DNA of 64,000 nucleotides from Octopus bimaculoides (lineage: Eukaryota). Each line of letters starts with the position of its first letter. Within the stretch, counting starts at the first letter, position 1. The translations under genes and the position numbers were made by a program. This document shows positions 47,698-60,332 of the stretch, piece by piece. The DNA is taken from assembly GCF_001194135.2 (NCBI RefSeq), contig NC_068995.1:14386645-14450644 (forward strand), given 5' to 3'. The notes below the pieces were generated by a model. It was not told the DNA's origin and did no database searches. It saw nothing but the letters and a program-made list of their open reading frames with translations.

Positions 47698-50600
47698 GTA
47701 AATATGTTTATATTGTTTTTAAGCAAATAAGCTCTGTATTCGTGTCATGTTATTGTTGTTTTTTGTTTAGAAAACTTATGATCAAAAGCATTCCAACTAT
47801 GATGAACCTATCTCTTATTTTAGTATTGAAGCATTGTATATAAGTTGGGTCCTTGTTGCTGTGTGGTGGCTTAACCATTTAACATTCAGATTACTTTGTC
47901 AAATGTAATCCTTATTTATTCATACGGTTTTGAATTTAGCATACATTGTCTTGAAGTTATGAGATTTCAATGATGTGATTGTATAATTTTAGAATGACAT
48001 TGTAAGGTAGGTGTGAGAGGCCTGATTTGGTCAGTTTGAACATAAAACAGGTAAAATATTTGGGCCTGATATGGCCAGTTTAAATGCTAAATGGTAAAGT
48101 GCCTCAGTGACTCTGAGAGCTATGTCAGAGGAACACAAGCTTCTGATTGAGCCTTCCATGCTGGACATGTCGAAGGATAGGGGCCAAACTAATATAGACT
48201 ACCTTTTCCCCAGAGGTAAAAATGGGTTTGCTTAAGGCCAACACCCCTACCTAAAGAAACACAAAGTCACAGAAATATCAAATGACAGTTCAAACCCAGC
48301 AAGATCTGGGAGAAGAATCTTGTTTCTTTCAGTAATCAGTGGATTCAGTGCTTTTGATAAAGCAGGGATCCAGCTGGAGAGAAGCAGAAAAGACAGCCTA
48401 GAGGTAAAACCGTTGGAGAGAAAGTCATTGATGGCAGTGGAAGGCTTAAAGCTAAAGCTAATGGGTGTGGGTTCAATCCATGCGTTTGTTGAAACAATAC
48501 ATAACAAAACAAACTCTAATTCTAGTGGAATAAATAAGTGACATCACAAGTAGAAAAACAACTTGAATGAGAGAATGTCCTTGGAATGGACAAAGAAATG
48601 AGAACAGTCTGCCAGTGGATTTTATAAAGGATTTTGTTCAAAATTCTGCAAATATTACCAAACTGGGCAAGCATCTGAAGAAGATTGGGGTTTAAAATGG
48701 CTGAAACATTGTAACTATAACAACCAAATTGAAGATACCAGTCTCAATATTTCAATCATTGTCCTCATAATTTAATGTCCACTTTTCGATGCTTGCATGG
48801 GTCAGATGAAGTTTGCTGAGGCAAATTTTCTTTAACTAGATGCCCTTCCAGTCATCAAGCATCACTTGTTTCTAAGCAAAGAAATATTTCCCTTTGACTA
48901 GTCATGTTTGTCACAGAAGTCTGGAAACAAACAACCTCTCTTGCATCATGATGATATTCATTTACAACCATCATGTGATATATAGACAAGGGTACACACA
49001 CACACACATGCATATATTTACTACAAGCTGCTTTCAGTTTCATCTGCCAAATCCATTCACATAATCCAGGGCTACAGTGGGATTGAATCCAATTATGTCC
49101 ATATATATATATATATTTGTGTTTCATAAAAGTGTGTCAGTTAATATTTTCTATCATTAAACCTTTCATGACTATATATATTTGCAATGAAATTCACAGC
49201 CTAATTTGGAAAATAATCTTGAAATTTGGAAGAATTTAGTAAACATATCTTTTTCATGAAGCTGATGTTTCATGTAATATGACTTAAAAAAATTATACTT
49301 ATATAATAATAGTTTCACATTTTGGCACAAGGCCAGCAAATTCAGGGAAGGGGTAAGTCAGTTACATCACCCCCAGTGCTCAACTGGTATTTATTTTATT
49401 GACCCCGTAAAGATGAAAGGCAAAGTCAACCTTGGTAGAATTTGAACTCAGAATGTGAAGACAGACAAAATGTTGCTCAGTATTTTGTCTCGTGTGCTAA
49501 TGATTCTGCCAGCTCACTGCCTTATATATAGTATTAAGATGAAAAGATTTAATTTAATTTAAGAATAAACATTTTAAAATTAGAGAAACAGAAGCCTTCT
49601 TGGGTGGTCTCAGATGAGTATCAAATGAATTAATATAATTAGAGGCAGTAAGGTGGAAAGCTGGTAGAATCATTATTACACGGGGCAAAATGCTTAGTGG
49701 TATTTCATCTGTTTTTTCATTCTGAGTTCAAATTTTGTGCAGGTCAACTTTGCCTTTCATCCTTTTGGGGTCGATAAAATAAGTACAAATTGAGCACAGG
49801 GGTCGATGTAATCGCCTTACCCCCACCCAGAATTGATGGCCTTGTGCCAAAATTTAAACCCAATGTAATTAGAGGCAATTTTAGGAGTGGGGGTAGTCTC
49901 AGGTGAGTTTGTATGAGAAGAATTAATGTAAATTAATATTTTGTATCCTTCATCATACAACTAATATCTGACCTTTTATTTTCTTTTAGTTGACTTGAAC
50001 CAAACACCAACTACTCTGTACTCTTTACCTGGTCAAATACAGAATATGATATCAAAGATTGGAGCACCTTTCCAGAATAACAACTTACAACAACCTGTGA
50101 TAGGAAACCTACATAGTTCATTGCCAACTTCAGGAGTTTGTGTTCAACTTCCCCTACCTAAAATGACCACGTCAAATGTATCAAAACAAGCTATTGTAGA
50201 AAACTCACACAACTCCATCATGTATCCACATAATAACACTTCACCTCTTCTCTCTCTCAGTATGTCTGGCTCATCTCCTACCAATCAGTCCAGTCCTCAG
50301 CTGTCTAATGTAACTCATTATCAGAACCGCAACATACCACAGTACAGTAATATGAACAATGTTATTCTGCCATCGACTCAGGTTGTTGAAGTGGCCCCAA
50401 ACCTCCCTGCAGGTAATAATTCTGTGAAAGATATTTCTTCTGGTGTCAACAGAGTAAGGGTAAGGAGTCAGTCGAAACGGGACAAACTTTCTCTGATGGC
50501 ATCATCGCTTGAAAGAGATGATAACAGTTCTAAAGGCATCAGTCCTAGCTTGTCTTCTCTCACTCGTCTATGTTCAGTTTATGGCGGAGACAGAAAAGAA

Positions 50601-53600
50601 GTAGTTGAGATATCACCACAGCCTACAATCGATAATGCTGGATGGAATACGGAAAACACTGAACCAAAATTGTCTGCAGCTGATCCTATTATTGTTAGTG
50701 ATGATAGCAACTGTTCAACTACATCAGAGACTTTGAATTCTAAAAGTTTTGACAAGATGTCAGACAACAGTCTGATGACCCACACATCTGAATTATTACC
50801 TCTAGCAAATATAAACAATGATAAACAGCAGCAGCAACAACAACCCATGGATGTGTTTTCAGTTAATTCACCTCTTGGATTATATCCTGACAACAATTCC
50901 AATATGTTTGCTGATGAAAATTCAGAATGGGTCCAAAATTTTCAGATCCCCATTGATAAAATGCCTCCAGCCCTTATTCACGCTTTGAAGAACAAACAAC
51001 GCCCAGAATCAAACCTTCGTCGAGAGATGATTCGTGTTGTTGTTGCAGAGGCAATAAAATTCTGTGCGAGACCAAACCGAAGACAGTTGTTTTTCATTGC
51101 ACATAAAATGGTGAACGAATACCCTGAATCCTTGATGGACGATGCACTAAATTCCAATGGTAGACAAACTGGTTTTGACGCCATTTTGAAACAGTTGCAA
51201 TCTCGTGTTGAAAATATCAATCGGTTTGACCGAGGACAGTTCCTTTACCAAAAGAAGTTAATGTCTTGGACTAAGACTCAGCAAAAATCTGATGCTGGCA
51301 ATCAGAAATCAAGTAAGTTATTGAATAACTATGGCTGCATTAATTGGCAGCCACTAAAATTACCCGCAAACGAAACAAAATGGAGCCTGAGAATGAAACA
51401 GGATTTACTACGGAGCATCTACAACACAAAGTGGGATGTTGAATTTGTGGAAAAAGACATGATAACTACTTTCTTTTTCCAGAGAAAAGACATCAATAAT
51501 GGTGCTTCCATCACCACATTACACAAAGACTGGCCTTTTCTCTTTGAAGAAATTGGGCTAATGGTTCATTTCAAAGAACTGACCACAATCGACATGAAAA
51601 GTGTTATGAGTGACTTTCTCAACAATAGTAAAGTGGAAACAATAATTAATGTAATGAAATCACTTTTTTTAATGACTAACATAACCGATATAGAACAGAT
51701 TCTCCAAACAGCTGCCAACTACAAGAAATGTGAGAAACAAAACTCTGAGAATGATATCAATGTTGCATTAATGATGCAACTTATAATGGTATATCTCGGT
51801 GAAGATATACAACATCTATTTCCTCTTGTACCAGTTAGTATTGTATTTTTATTCTATTCCTGTTGTTCTTTTATTCTTTTATTGGTGTCAGTCATTGGAC
51901 TGTGACTATGCTGTGGCATCATCTTCAAAGGTTTTTAATTCATTATATCAACCACCCCTTCCAATACCAGTTAGGTAATATATTTTATTGTTCTGTACTG
52001 TTATTGTTCTGTACTGTTACAGAACTTAAAGTTGGTTGTAAGGGTTTACAATACAGTGTGTTGTTGTTGGTGTTTAGCTTTAAGACAATCCTGATTGAGC
52101 AGACCCATATATGAATGTTTATATGTACAGGGCAGAAAGAATGGACGTTTTTGAAATATCTATTACTCAGCCCCAGGGAAAGAGACATATGTTTGACAGG
52201 TACCATTTGGTCCATGGTGTCTTTACATTTTTTTTCTTTTCAGGTGAAGCTATGGTGCTGTGGATGATAGAGAATTGTGTGTTTGCCTATGACAGTTACA
52301 TGAAGAATGATGAGTGTCAGAGCAGTTCAGCGTGAGTTTCAGCACCACTTCAATATTCACCAAAACCAGGCTGTTCCCACCTATAACACAATCCTACATT
52401 TGGTGAATGCATTTCGTACATGAGGCACACTAATGAATAGGAGACTGGTGGGGGTGCCACAAATGGTACGAACCCTGGAAAATGTGGAATGTGTCAGACA
52501 AGCTTTGATACAGAGTCCGAATCACTCTGCTTGGAGACATTCCAATAAACTTCACATTGATAATTGATCAGTAAGGCGTATTTTGCATGAGGACCTGAAT
52601 TTCTACCCATACAAATTGGTCATTGGGTAACAGTTGAAACCATGGGGCTATGCACAGTGGCTTAACTTCGCATGTCAGATGGATGCAAATTTAGAGACAA
52701 ATGACAACCCCTTTTTGTTAATGACTGATGAAGCTTATTTTCATCTCAGTGGCATGGTGAATCAACAGAGCTGTCATTATTGGGCTCCTGAAAATCCAAG
52801 CAGAAGTAACAGAGTGACTCAAGGTTTGAGAGTTTTGTGCACTGACACTTAAAGTACCAAGGCATGAAACTCTTGGACCTTGAATTAATAATCTATACAT
52901 ATATATTTGTCCGATCCATGTCAGTGTGGAAAATGGATATTAAATGATGACGATGATATCTACATATGTTTGCATGTGTGTGTGCAAAAATATGCACACA
53001 CACACACACATATATTAATATATATATTATTCATATTGTGTTTATTTATCTTTTCCTTCTTTGTTCTCTTACATAGGTGAATTATACTGTAACCGACTTA
53101 GAATCCTCCAACATTCCCGAAACTCCATGTCTCATTGCCTGCGGTATGTATGTTCTTACATATTTATAATTAAAATTATATTAATCATGTATTTTTTTAT
53201 ATGATGTCTTTTAACTATCCATGAGTATTTTTTTTGTTATTATTCCTTGGTTTTCTTTAACTGCATTAGTTTGTTTGTTATATATCTACTGTTCATTCAT
53301 ATAAACACTTATGTTTGGTCTGTGTGTGTGTATATATATATGTGCACATCTATATGCATTTGTGTGTCTGTATGCACATGTATGCTTGAATGATTAATAT
53401 ATATATATATATATATATATGCACATGTGTGGTTGTTCAGTCAAAATGTTTACTTCTCAACCACAAGGTTTTAGGTCCAATCCCATAGCACAAAACCTTC
53501 AGCAAGTGTCCTTTACTATGGCCTCAGACCAACGAAAGCCTTGACAGTGTGTGTGTGTCTCTCTCTCTCTCTATATATATATAATGTGGGCGTGTATGTT

Positions 53601-56132
53601 TTGTATCTCCTTGTTTAAACATCATGTGACAGTTGTAATTGATTGTCAGTGTCACACAAGCAATGTCATTCATTTCCAATATTCTACAAAAACATGTCTA
53701 GTTATGGGGGAAATATTGCCTTGCCTAGAAACAGATGAGGGTTGGTGACAGGAAGAGCATCTAACTGTGGAAAATCAGCCTCAATGACGACAATGACAAC
53801 AACGATTAACAATGATTTTAGAGTTGAATATTTTACTTTATTACATGTTTATCATATGTGTTATTTGTTTACTTTTTAGTTTATTTATTGTTTGTTTGTT
53901 TTTCAATTTTAGGTGATTCATTGTTGAATTCCTGTAAGTTTCTGCTTTGTGTTGATGGTACTGTTGTCAATGAACAGATCACTAGTTTCGTAACTGGTCT
54001 CTGTATGATGTTCGCATCTTACTACTGCTTCAACATCTGCTACAATCAAGAGGCACCTTCAACACTGGAATTTGTTCAAAGGTTTGTTACCAACTTCTTA
54101 ACAATAAGAGATACTAAGAAACTGCTTTTCATTGTTGCTTATGCATGTGAAGTGTCAAAACATTTACTGGATCATATATTAATACATGGATGGCATGCAT
54201 CTGTTGTTACTGACAATGTGATCCAACAAAACTGATTGAAGCCACATTAGGTGGTCCTTCTGGGTATGTGGGTATTAGAAAATGCCTCACAGAGTGATGA
54301 CTATGCCTTGCATAGTTACAGGGTGCCCTTTAGCAAGGCATGATAATCATTCAGCCACCCTGCCAGGGATATGGTGAAATCATGGGACTACAAGTATGGC
54401 AGATTGGGAAGAGATAACAGAAGAGCTCAACTGAGCCAATGGGGCTTCTTACATTGATGCTGAGCAGAGGAATCCAAGATCAATGGTCAGGGTCACTAAG
54501 CTCTATCAAGAGAGTAGTTGCAACACAACCATAGAAGTGGTGTCCATGGTTGTGTAATCAGCTAATGAAAGATTCTCTGTGACTCAAGCTCTCAATTCAA
54601 ATTCATAATAATGGAATTGGATGATAACAGAAAGTCATGGGAATCTGTGAAAGCAACAGGAAAAAAACAATGGTGGTTCTTACTTGGTTCTACCTGGGTT
54701 GGAGGAAAGGCAAGGCCAATATTTCTTGGCAATAAAGTGTAGGAGTTGCCAAGAGAGTAGGCGCAGAAGTGGCTGTGCGGTAAGTAGCTTGCTTACGAAC
54801 CACATGGTTCTGGGTTCAGTCCCACTGTGTGGCACCTTGGGCAAGTGTCTTCTACTATAGCTTCGGGCCGACCAAAGCCATGTGAGTGGATTTGGTAGAC
54901 GGAAACTGAAAGAAGCCCGTCGTATATATGTATGTGTGTGTGTGTGTATATGTTTGTGTGCCTGTGTTTGTCCCCCCAACATCGCTTGACAACCGATGCT
55001 GGTGTGTTTACGGCCCCCGTAACTTAGCAGTTCGGCAAAAGAAACCGATAGAATAAGTACTAGGCTTCCCAAGAATAAGTCTTGGGGTCGATTTGCTCGA
55101 CTAAAGGCGGTGCTCCAGCATGGCCACAGTCAAATGACTGAAACAAGTAAAAGAGTAAATGAGAGTAAAGAGTAAGCAATGCTAAACTCGAAAACCTCAA
55201 ATCAAACCATATTGTCCTAAAAGAGACAGAACACTTTAAATAAATTGGTCTTGGATAGTTCACAGTTGGAAACATCATTGTTGGTGTGGAGAGGGGAGTC
55301 TGGTATGCATGGGCGACTGCTGCACTTCCACAAACAACCTTGCCAGGACTTGTGCCTCAGAGGGGCACAAGTCTGGGCAAGGACTTATTCTAAATTCAAG
55401 GGGTCATATTATTCATTTCAGATCTAACAGGCTAAAAAATATCACTAAATTACAATTTTTGTTTCTTCTTTGATAGGTGTTTGTTTGATATTAATCCTAT
55501 GAAAGGCTCCAAATTTGATCACCAGAAATTCAATAACAAACATTTTGTTGTTCATCCTAAGATCAATACACTCTTGAAATCTTTGATTGATTTAGGCTTT
55601 CAGGTAAGACTATTTGTTTGTCACCTGTCTTTTCTTGTTTCTTTTTTCAGTGTATCTGTGTGTGTATGAATGTATGTAACTATGTATATATGAGTGTGTG
55701 TGTGTGTCCCTGTGTCGTATGTGATGGTTGTAAACGAACATCCCCATCATACAACTAATGTTATTCATTTCTAATCTTCCATGAAAAACATGTCTGGCCA
55801 CAGGAAAATATTACCTTGTTTGGAAGCAGGTGAGGCTTGGTAACAAGGGCATCTGGTTGTAGAAAATCTCCCTCACCAAATTCCGTCTGACCCATCAAGT
55901 ATGAAAAAGTGGACATTAAATGATCATGATCTACATTATATATATGTATATATATAATATTTATATCAATATAAGGAACCTGATGTAGACTCTGGCCTTG
56001 CCTGTTCCTGTCGAGCCATCTAATTCATGCCAGCATGGAAAACAGGTTTCCGTTTTCCATGCTGTCATGGGTTAGACAGCTCAACAGGAACTGGCAAGGC
56101 CAGGATCTACACCAGGTTCCTTACAATAATAC

Positions 56133-56208
<76 letters not shown>

Positions 56209-59200
56209 TATATATATATTTATAAAAAAGAAGTTTGAAAACGCCAATATATAAAAGATGAATTTTAATTTATAATTTTGTCAGATATTTTTAACATGTT
56301 TCGGTTCTTGAAAAAACGAACCTTATCAAAAATACATATTTAAAAAAATGAAATTAAATGAAAAGTTCATAATTGTTCCTTACTGGTGTCAACAGTCCAC
56401 GTGGGAGCATTTTTTGTTGGTTGTTGTAGTAGTAGTGACCGTGTTGGTAATGGTAAATGGCAGTGACCTTATACATATATATCATTTAATGTCCACTTTT
56501 TCATGCTTGATGGGTCAGACGGAATTTGTTGAGGGAAATTTTCTAACACCAGGTCATTTTGCCTTGTGTAGTGGGCACATTATATTTTGGCACCAGCACT
56601 AGAGAAGTCATTATGTCATCTGCAAGACTAAAGATTTGTTTCTCTTCTATATTAGTGCCATGTAAAAAGGTAGCCTGTACACTTTGTAAGACAGTTGGCA
56701 TTGGGAAGGGCATCCAGCTGTAGAAACCAAGCCAAAGCAAACTATGGAACTTGGTGCTGCCCCTGGCCTTGCCAGTTCAGTTCCTGTCAAGCCGTCCAAC
56801 CCATGCCAGCATAGAAAATGGACGTTTAATATTAATGATGACGCACATTGGTCACCATTTAAATAGAGGTACCGATGTATCTACGTAACGATATAGAGGG
56901 GAGGTAATCTAGTTTTACCAAAACTAGTGACTTCCCATAGCCCTAACCTTAAAACATTAACAGTAGTTTTGGTAAAACTAGATTACCTCCCCTTCATATC
57001 GCTACGTAGATTCATCGGGACCTCTGTATTTAAGTAGTGTTGATGATTGTTTTTGTTTGTTTAATAACCATTTTATGAAGTACATTAGGTGCATTTTAAT
57101 TGGGTACCAGCACATCTGAAGCCGCCTTGTCGTCTATAGAACTACAGAATCTTCTCTTTTCTCTGTTGTTTCTCTTCGTTCAATGCAAATGTAACGAAGA
57201 GGGTGAGTAGAATAGGCAGTGATTATCAAGTGTGTGGAATAAGTGAGAGCGTGAGTATGAGTGGGGAAATAGTGATAGAAGCAAAGAGGAAGGTAAAGCG
57301 GAGGAAGTAGTGAAAGAGAGAGACAATAAAAATTACGTTGGTTTCTTTCAGGGAGATTGACTAGAGAAAGTGCATGAATTGTTGCGATTGTAGGAGAGGA
57401 TGCGGAGTGAATCAGTGAGAGTGACATGGGAATAGAAGAGAAAGTGTATGGGTGGTGTTAGGAAAGACTGGATGTAGATAAATCTGATGTCGTCCTTCAT
57501 TAATCAGGTGTCATGATAAATGATGTTGATGGACGGTATTGGATATGGACAGAACGGTAGACTATATGTAATCTGAACCTCCCCCCCGCCTTATTTATTA
57601 ATTTTTTTTTACGGAATCCCACGTTTTAGGCTATGGAGATTCCGATTCTGAAAAAAAATTGTTTGAAAAATTTCAATTACCCCACCACCACCACCAAGCA
57701 GGCTATTTACATGCTAGAAATAACAGCCAAATCTCACAAAACTAGTGTTAGGTTTAGGGTTAGGGTTAGGGTTTGAGTTAGGGTTAGGTTTACCCTGTGG
57801 ATCTATATAANNNNNNNNNNNNNNNNNNNNNNNNNNNNNNNNNNNNNNNNNNNNNNNNNNNNNNNNNNNNNNNNNNNNNGAAATCGAAATTTTGAAATTG
57901 AGAGTTTTGAAATTTTTTTTTTCAGAATCGTAATCTCCATAGCCTAAAACGTGGGATTCCGTAAAAAAAAAAAAAATAAATAAGTGGGGAAAGGTTCAGA
58001 TTACATATAGTCCATCTGGACCGACAGATCATATGTCGTATCTTGTTACAAGGGCGATATGTTACGGGTGAATATGAAAAAGGTGGATGAAAAATGAAGA
58101 CTTTAAATATAATGAGCTAAATGGCGAAGGTAAAGAATACACACACCCGGTGTTTAGGTTTAGGGCTAAGGTTACGCCGAAAACGGGTGGTGTGCGTATT
58201 CTTTACCTCCGCCAGATGAATATAATGATGATAGATATAAAGGAAGCCTAGACTGAAAATATATAAATACTTAACTGGAATGTAATGGGTTAGAAACCAT
58301 TCTATATAATAAATTTATGATTGTACCTTCAAATTCATATATTACAGGACGTTGTATTTTCTCTAGGTTCACGAAACAAGTTAGGTTACTTTAAATGAAA
58401 TATATTGGTTGAACATAATTACCTCCCCTTTTGTACGTTCTTTCTGAAGAATAATTTTTAACCCATAAAATGCTGCAATTTGCACTTACATAGCATGGAC
58501 TGCTGAGCACATTTTATGAAAATGAGACTACTATTCACACATAAATAACAAAAAATAGCTAAAATATTGGATCTTTTCCTTTTGGCCGGCACATTGAAAA
58601 AATAATTTTTTGTTACTAAACACTTTCAAATTTCATATACTGGTAGAATGTGCCATTTAAAACATCATTTACTCTTGGCGTTTTTAAGAAAAAAATTTTA
58701 TTTTCGAAGTTATTTCGTGTTAAAGTTGTCGTATTTCGGTAATTTCAGCCAATCAATTACGTCTATTGAGGTGAAAACAATTACTGCTGTGGTTTGTCAA
58801 CTAGATGTTCTGGCGGTGTAAATTTACTTTGTCACTGATATTTCTGATATATTTACATTTGAGATACACGTGTATATAGTTTAATCAATTCAGTTATTAG
58901 TTATTTAAAAAAAAATTTCAGTCTATTTTGTTTGTGGAAGTATTTTCATTTTGTTTTAGCATTTTCGAATTTGCCAATTTTAGGGTCTTTTCCCATGAAT
59001 AAAATTACTGCCGTTGTTTGTCACCAACAACTATCGGCGGTATATATTTCGTTTGTCACTGTTATTTATGACATCGTTTGTGCGTTTCTACTGGTTTTAG
59101 CTTTGGGGTTTTAGGGTTTTAGAGTTAGGGTTTTAGGGTCAGCGTTAGAGTTTTAGGGAAAAAGCTATCCTAAAGCGACTCAAGTTTTTTGTCATTATGG

Positions 59201-60228
59201 TATTTGTACATTCTCCCTACAAAGGATGTCCATGTGTATGTGTGTGTAGTACGTATACATTTCTACAGTTTTCAACCGATTTTCACCAAACTTTGTACAC
59301 ACATTACTTATGTGCCAAGGATGGTCATACACTATAACATTTTGCCCAGATCTTCTGCTTAAAGTGAGAGACCGTGACAAACAGTGTTTTACAACAAGGC
59401 TGCATAATAATCTGTTCTATTATAGACACAAGGCTTGAAGTTTGGGAGAGGGGACTATTAGATTACTTTGACCCTACTGCTTAACTGCCACTCATCTTAT
59501 CAACCCTGAAAGGTTGAAAGTCAAAGTCAACCTTGGTGGAGTTTGAACTCAGAATGAAAAGACAAATGAAATGCCGCTAAACATTTTGTTTGCATGTTAA
59601 CAATTCTGCCAGATCGCCACCTTCAACTTGATTAAAAAGAGTAATTAACTAATCTCCCTCCCCACACTCTATAATTATTTCTAGTTAACTTTTTAATTCT
59701 CCTAACATTGGATATAATAAGATTAAAAATAAAAATCCAATATATGCTCCAGAAGCAGTATTAGATTAAGATAGCCCTCTATGTATCATACTTAATGTAA
59801 ATACATTGTGAAAGGAAAGTTTACTGTGGTATTCATCTGGAGATATATCTCATGGATTTGTGTTATAATGTGCCTTGAAACATAACCTGTCTATAAGAGA
59901 TATTATCTCTGGACAAATACTGCAGTAAATTGCCTTTCATGATGTTTTTACATTAAGAATGATACACAGATAGCTATTTAAACTTAACACACACACACAT
60001 TGATAAATCAATTTACTTACATTTCTTAATTTAGGTGTCTCCAGAACTCAGTGGCTGTGTATCGAACAGGAAATCAAGAACTCCTGATTCCTCAGATATC
60101 TCAAGATGGTCTTTGGAAACGACAAACAATTCCAATGATTCTGATCTTCCAGCTTTATCTTCTCTTTGTCCAACAACAACAGCAGCAGACAACACTCAGA
60201 ATTTCCCATCTTTAACAGATAAACCAAG
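47493..60228 (+). CDS. SAMD3-like (sterile alpha motif domain-containing protein 3-like) spliced gene, about 870-890 aa
   Basis: Six coding exons join in frame with canonical sites (2606 nt). N-terminal LRDIGVETLEDLQYVEASDLSSVLKPIQIRKLL is SAM-like. RPESNLRREMIRVVV, QLQSRVENINR, WPFLFEEIGLMVHFKELT, MMFASYYCFNICY and STLEFVQRCLFDINP match my recollection of SAMD3-like proteins of fish and invertebrates. The family name needs an HMM check. Confidence 0.8.
49990..51833 (+). CDS. SAMD3-like coding exon 2 (1844 nt; low-complexity linker plus conserved core)
   Basis: ttttag|TT acceptor in frame with the 636-aa ORF; donor CCA|GTTAGT, phase 0. Confidence 0.92.
52250..52800 (+). mobile_element. Degenerate mariner-type transposase (DUF4817-like HTH plus first catalytic D)
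   Basis: Frameshifted pieces CVFAYDSYMKN, QREF..HFNIH, PENVECVRQAL..SP, RRILHEDLNF.PYK, LLMTDEAYFHLSGMVNQQ.CHYWAPENP. Confidence 0.8.
53077..53143 (+). CDS. SAMD3-like coding exon 3 (VNYTVTDLESSNIPETPCLIAC)
   Basis: acatag|GTG ... G|GTATGT, 67 nt. Confidence 0.88.
53913..54081 (+). CDS. SAMD3-like coding exon 4 (DSLLNSCKFLLCVDG...MMFASYYCFNICYNQEAPSTLEFVQ)
   Basis: ttttag|GT ... AG|GTTTGT, 169 nt. Confidence 0.9.
54759..55155 (+). mobile_element. SINE family A, young full-length copy
   Basis: Complete head-to-tail copy that retains its CpGs. Confidence 0.88.
55477..55603 (+). CDS. SAMD3-like coding exon 5 (CLFDINPMKGSKFDHQ...LLKSLIDLGFQ)
   Basis: tgatag|G ... CAG|GTAAGA, 127 nt. Confidence 0.9.
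56865..57025. repeat. Fold-back element with 62-bp arms and CCCTAACC in the spacer
   Basis: Arms 56865-56926 and 56964-57025. Confidence 0.8.
57560..58012. repeat. Fold-back element with about 100-bp arms and an internal (TTAGGG)n-like array
   Basis: GACTATATGTAATCTGAACCT ... AGGTTCAGATTACATATAGTC; TTAGGG units at about 57748-57792. Confidence 0.8.
58122..58214. repeat. Mini fold-back element with a TTTAGG/TTAGGG-like spacer
   Basis: TGGCGAAGGTAAAGAATAC ... GTATTCTTTACCTCCGCCA. Confidence 0.75.
59200..59380 (-). mobile_element. Possible Helitron/Helentron-type non-autonomous fragment
   Basis: AACCGATTTTCACCAAACTTTG core plus (TG)n, resembling DINE-like elements from memory; ends not defined. 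Confidence 0.35.
60035..60228 (+). CDS. SAMD3-like coding exon 6 (S/T-rich C-terminal extension)
   Basis: aatttag|GTG, open in phase 0, AG|GTATTT donor, 194 nt. Confidence 0.7.
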
Positions 60229-60332
60229 GTATTTCCTATTTATACTCTTAGACATTCTTCCATTACACTGTGTAACAAAAATTTTTTTTGTCTTTGGTCA
60301 GTAAATATTATTTCCTATTTGCTTCTATCTAG

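Noticed and set aside
50579-51220. Antisense ORFs of 107 and 80 aa
   Set aside because: Shadow frames of the large SAMD3-like exon.
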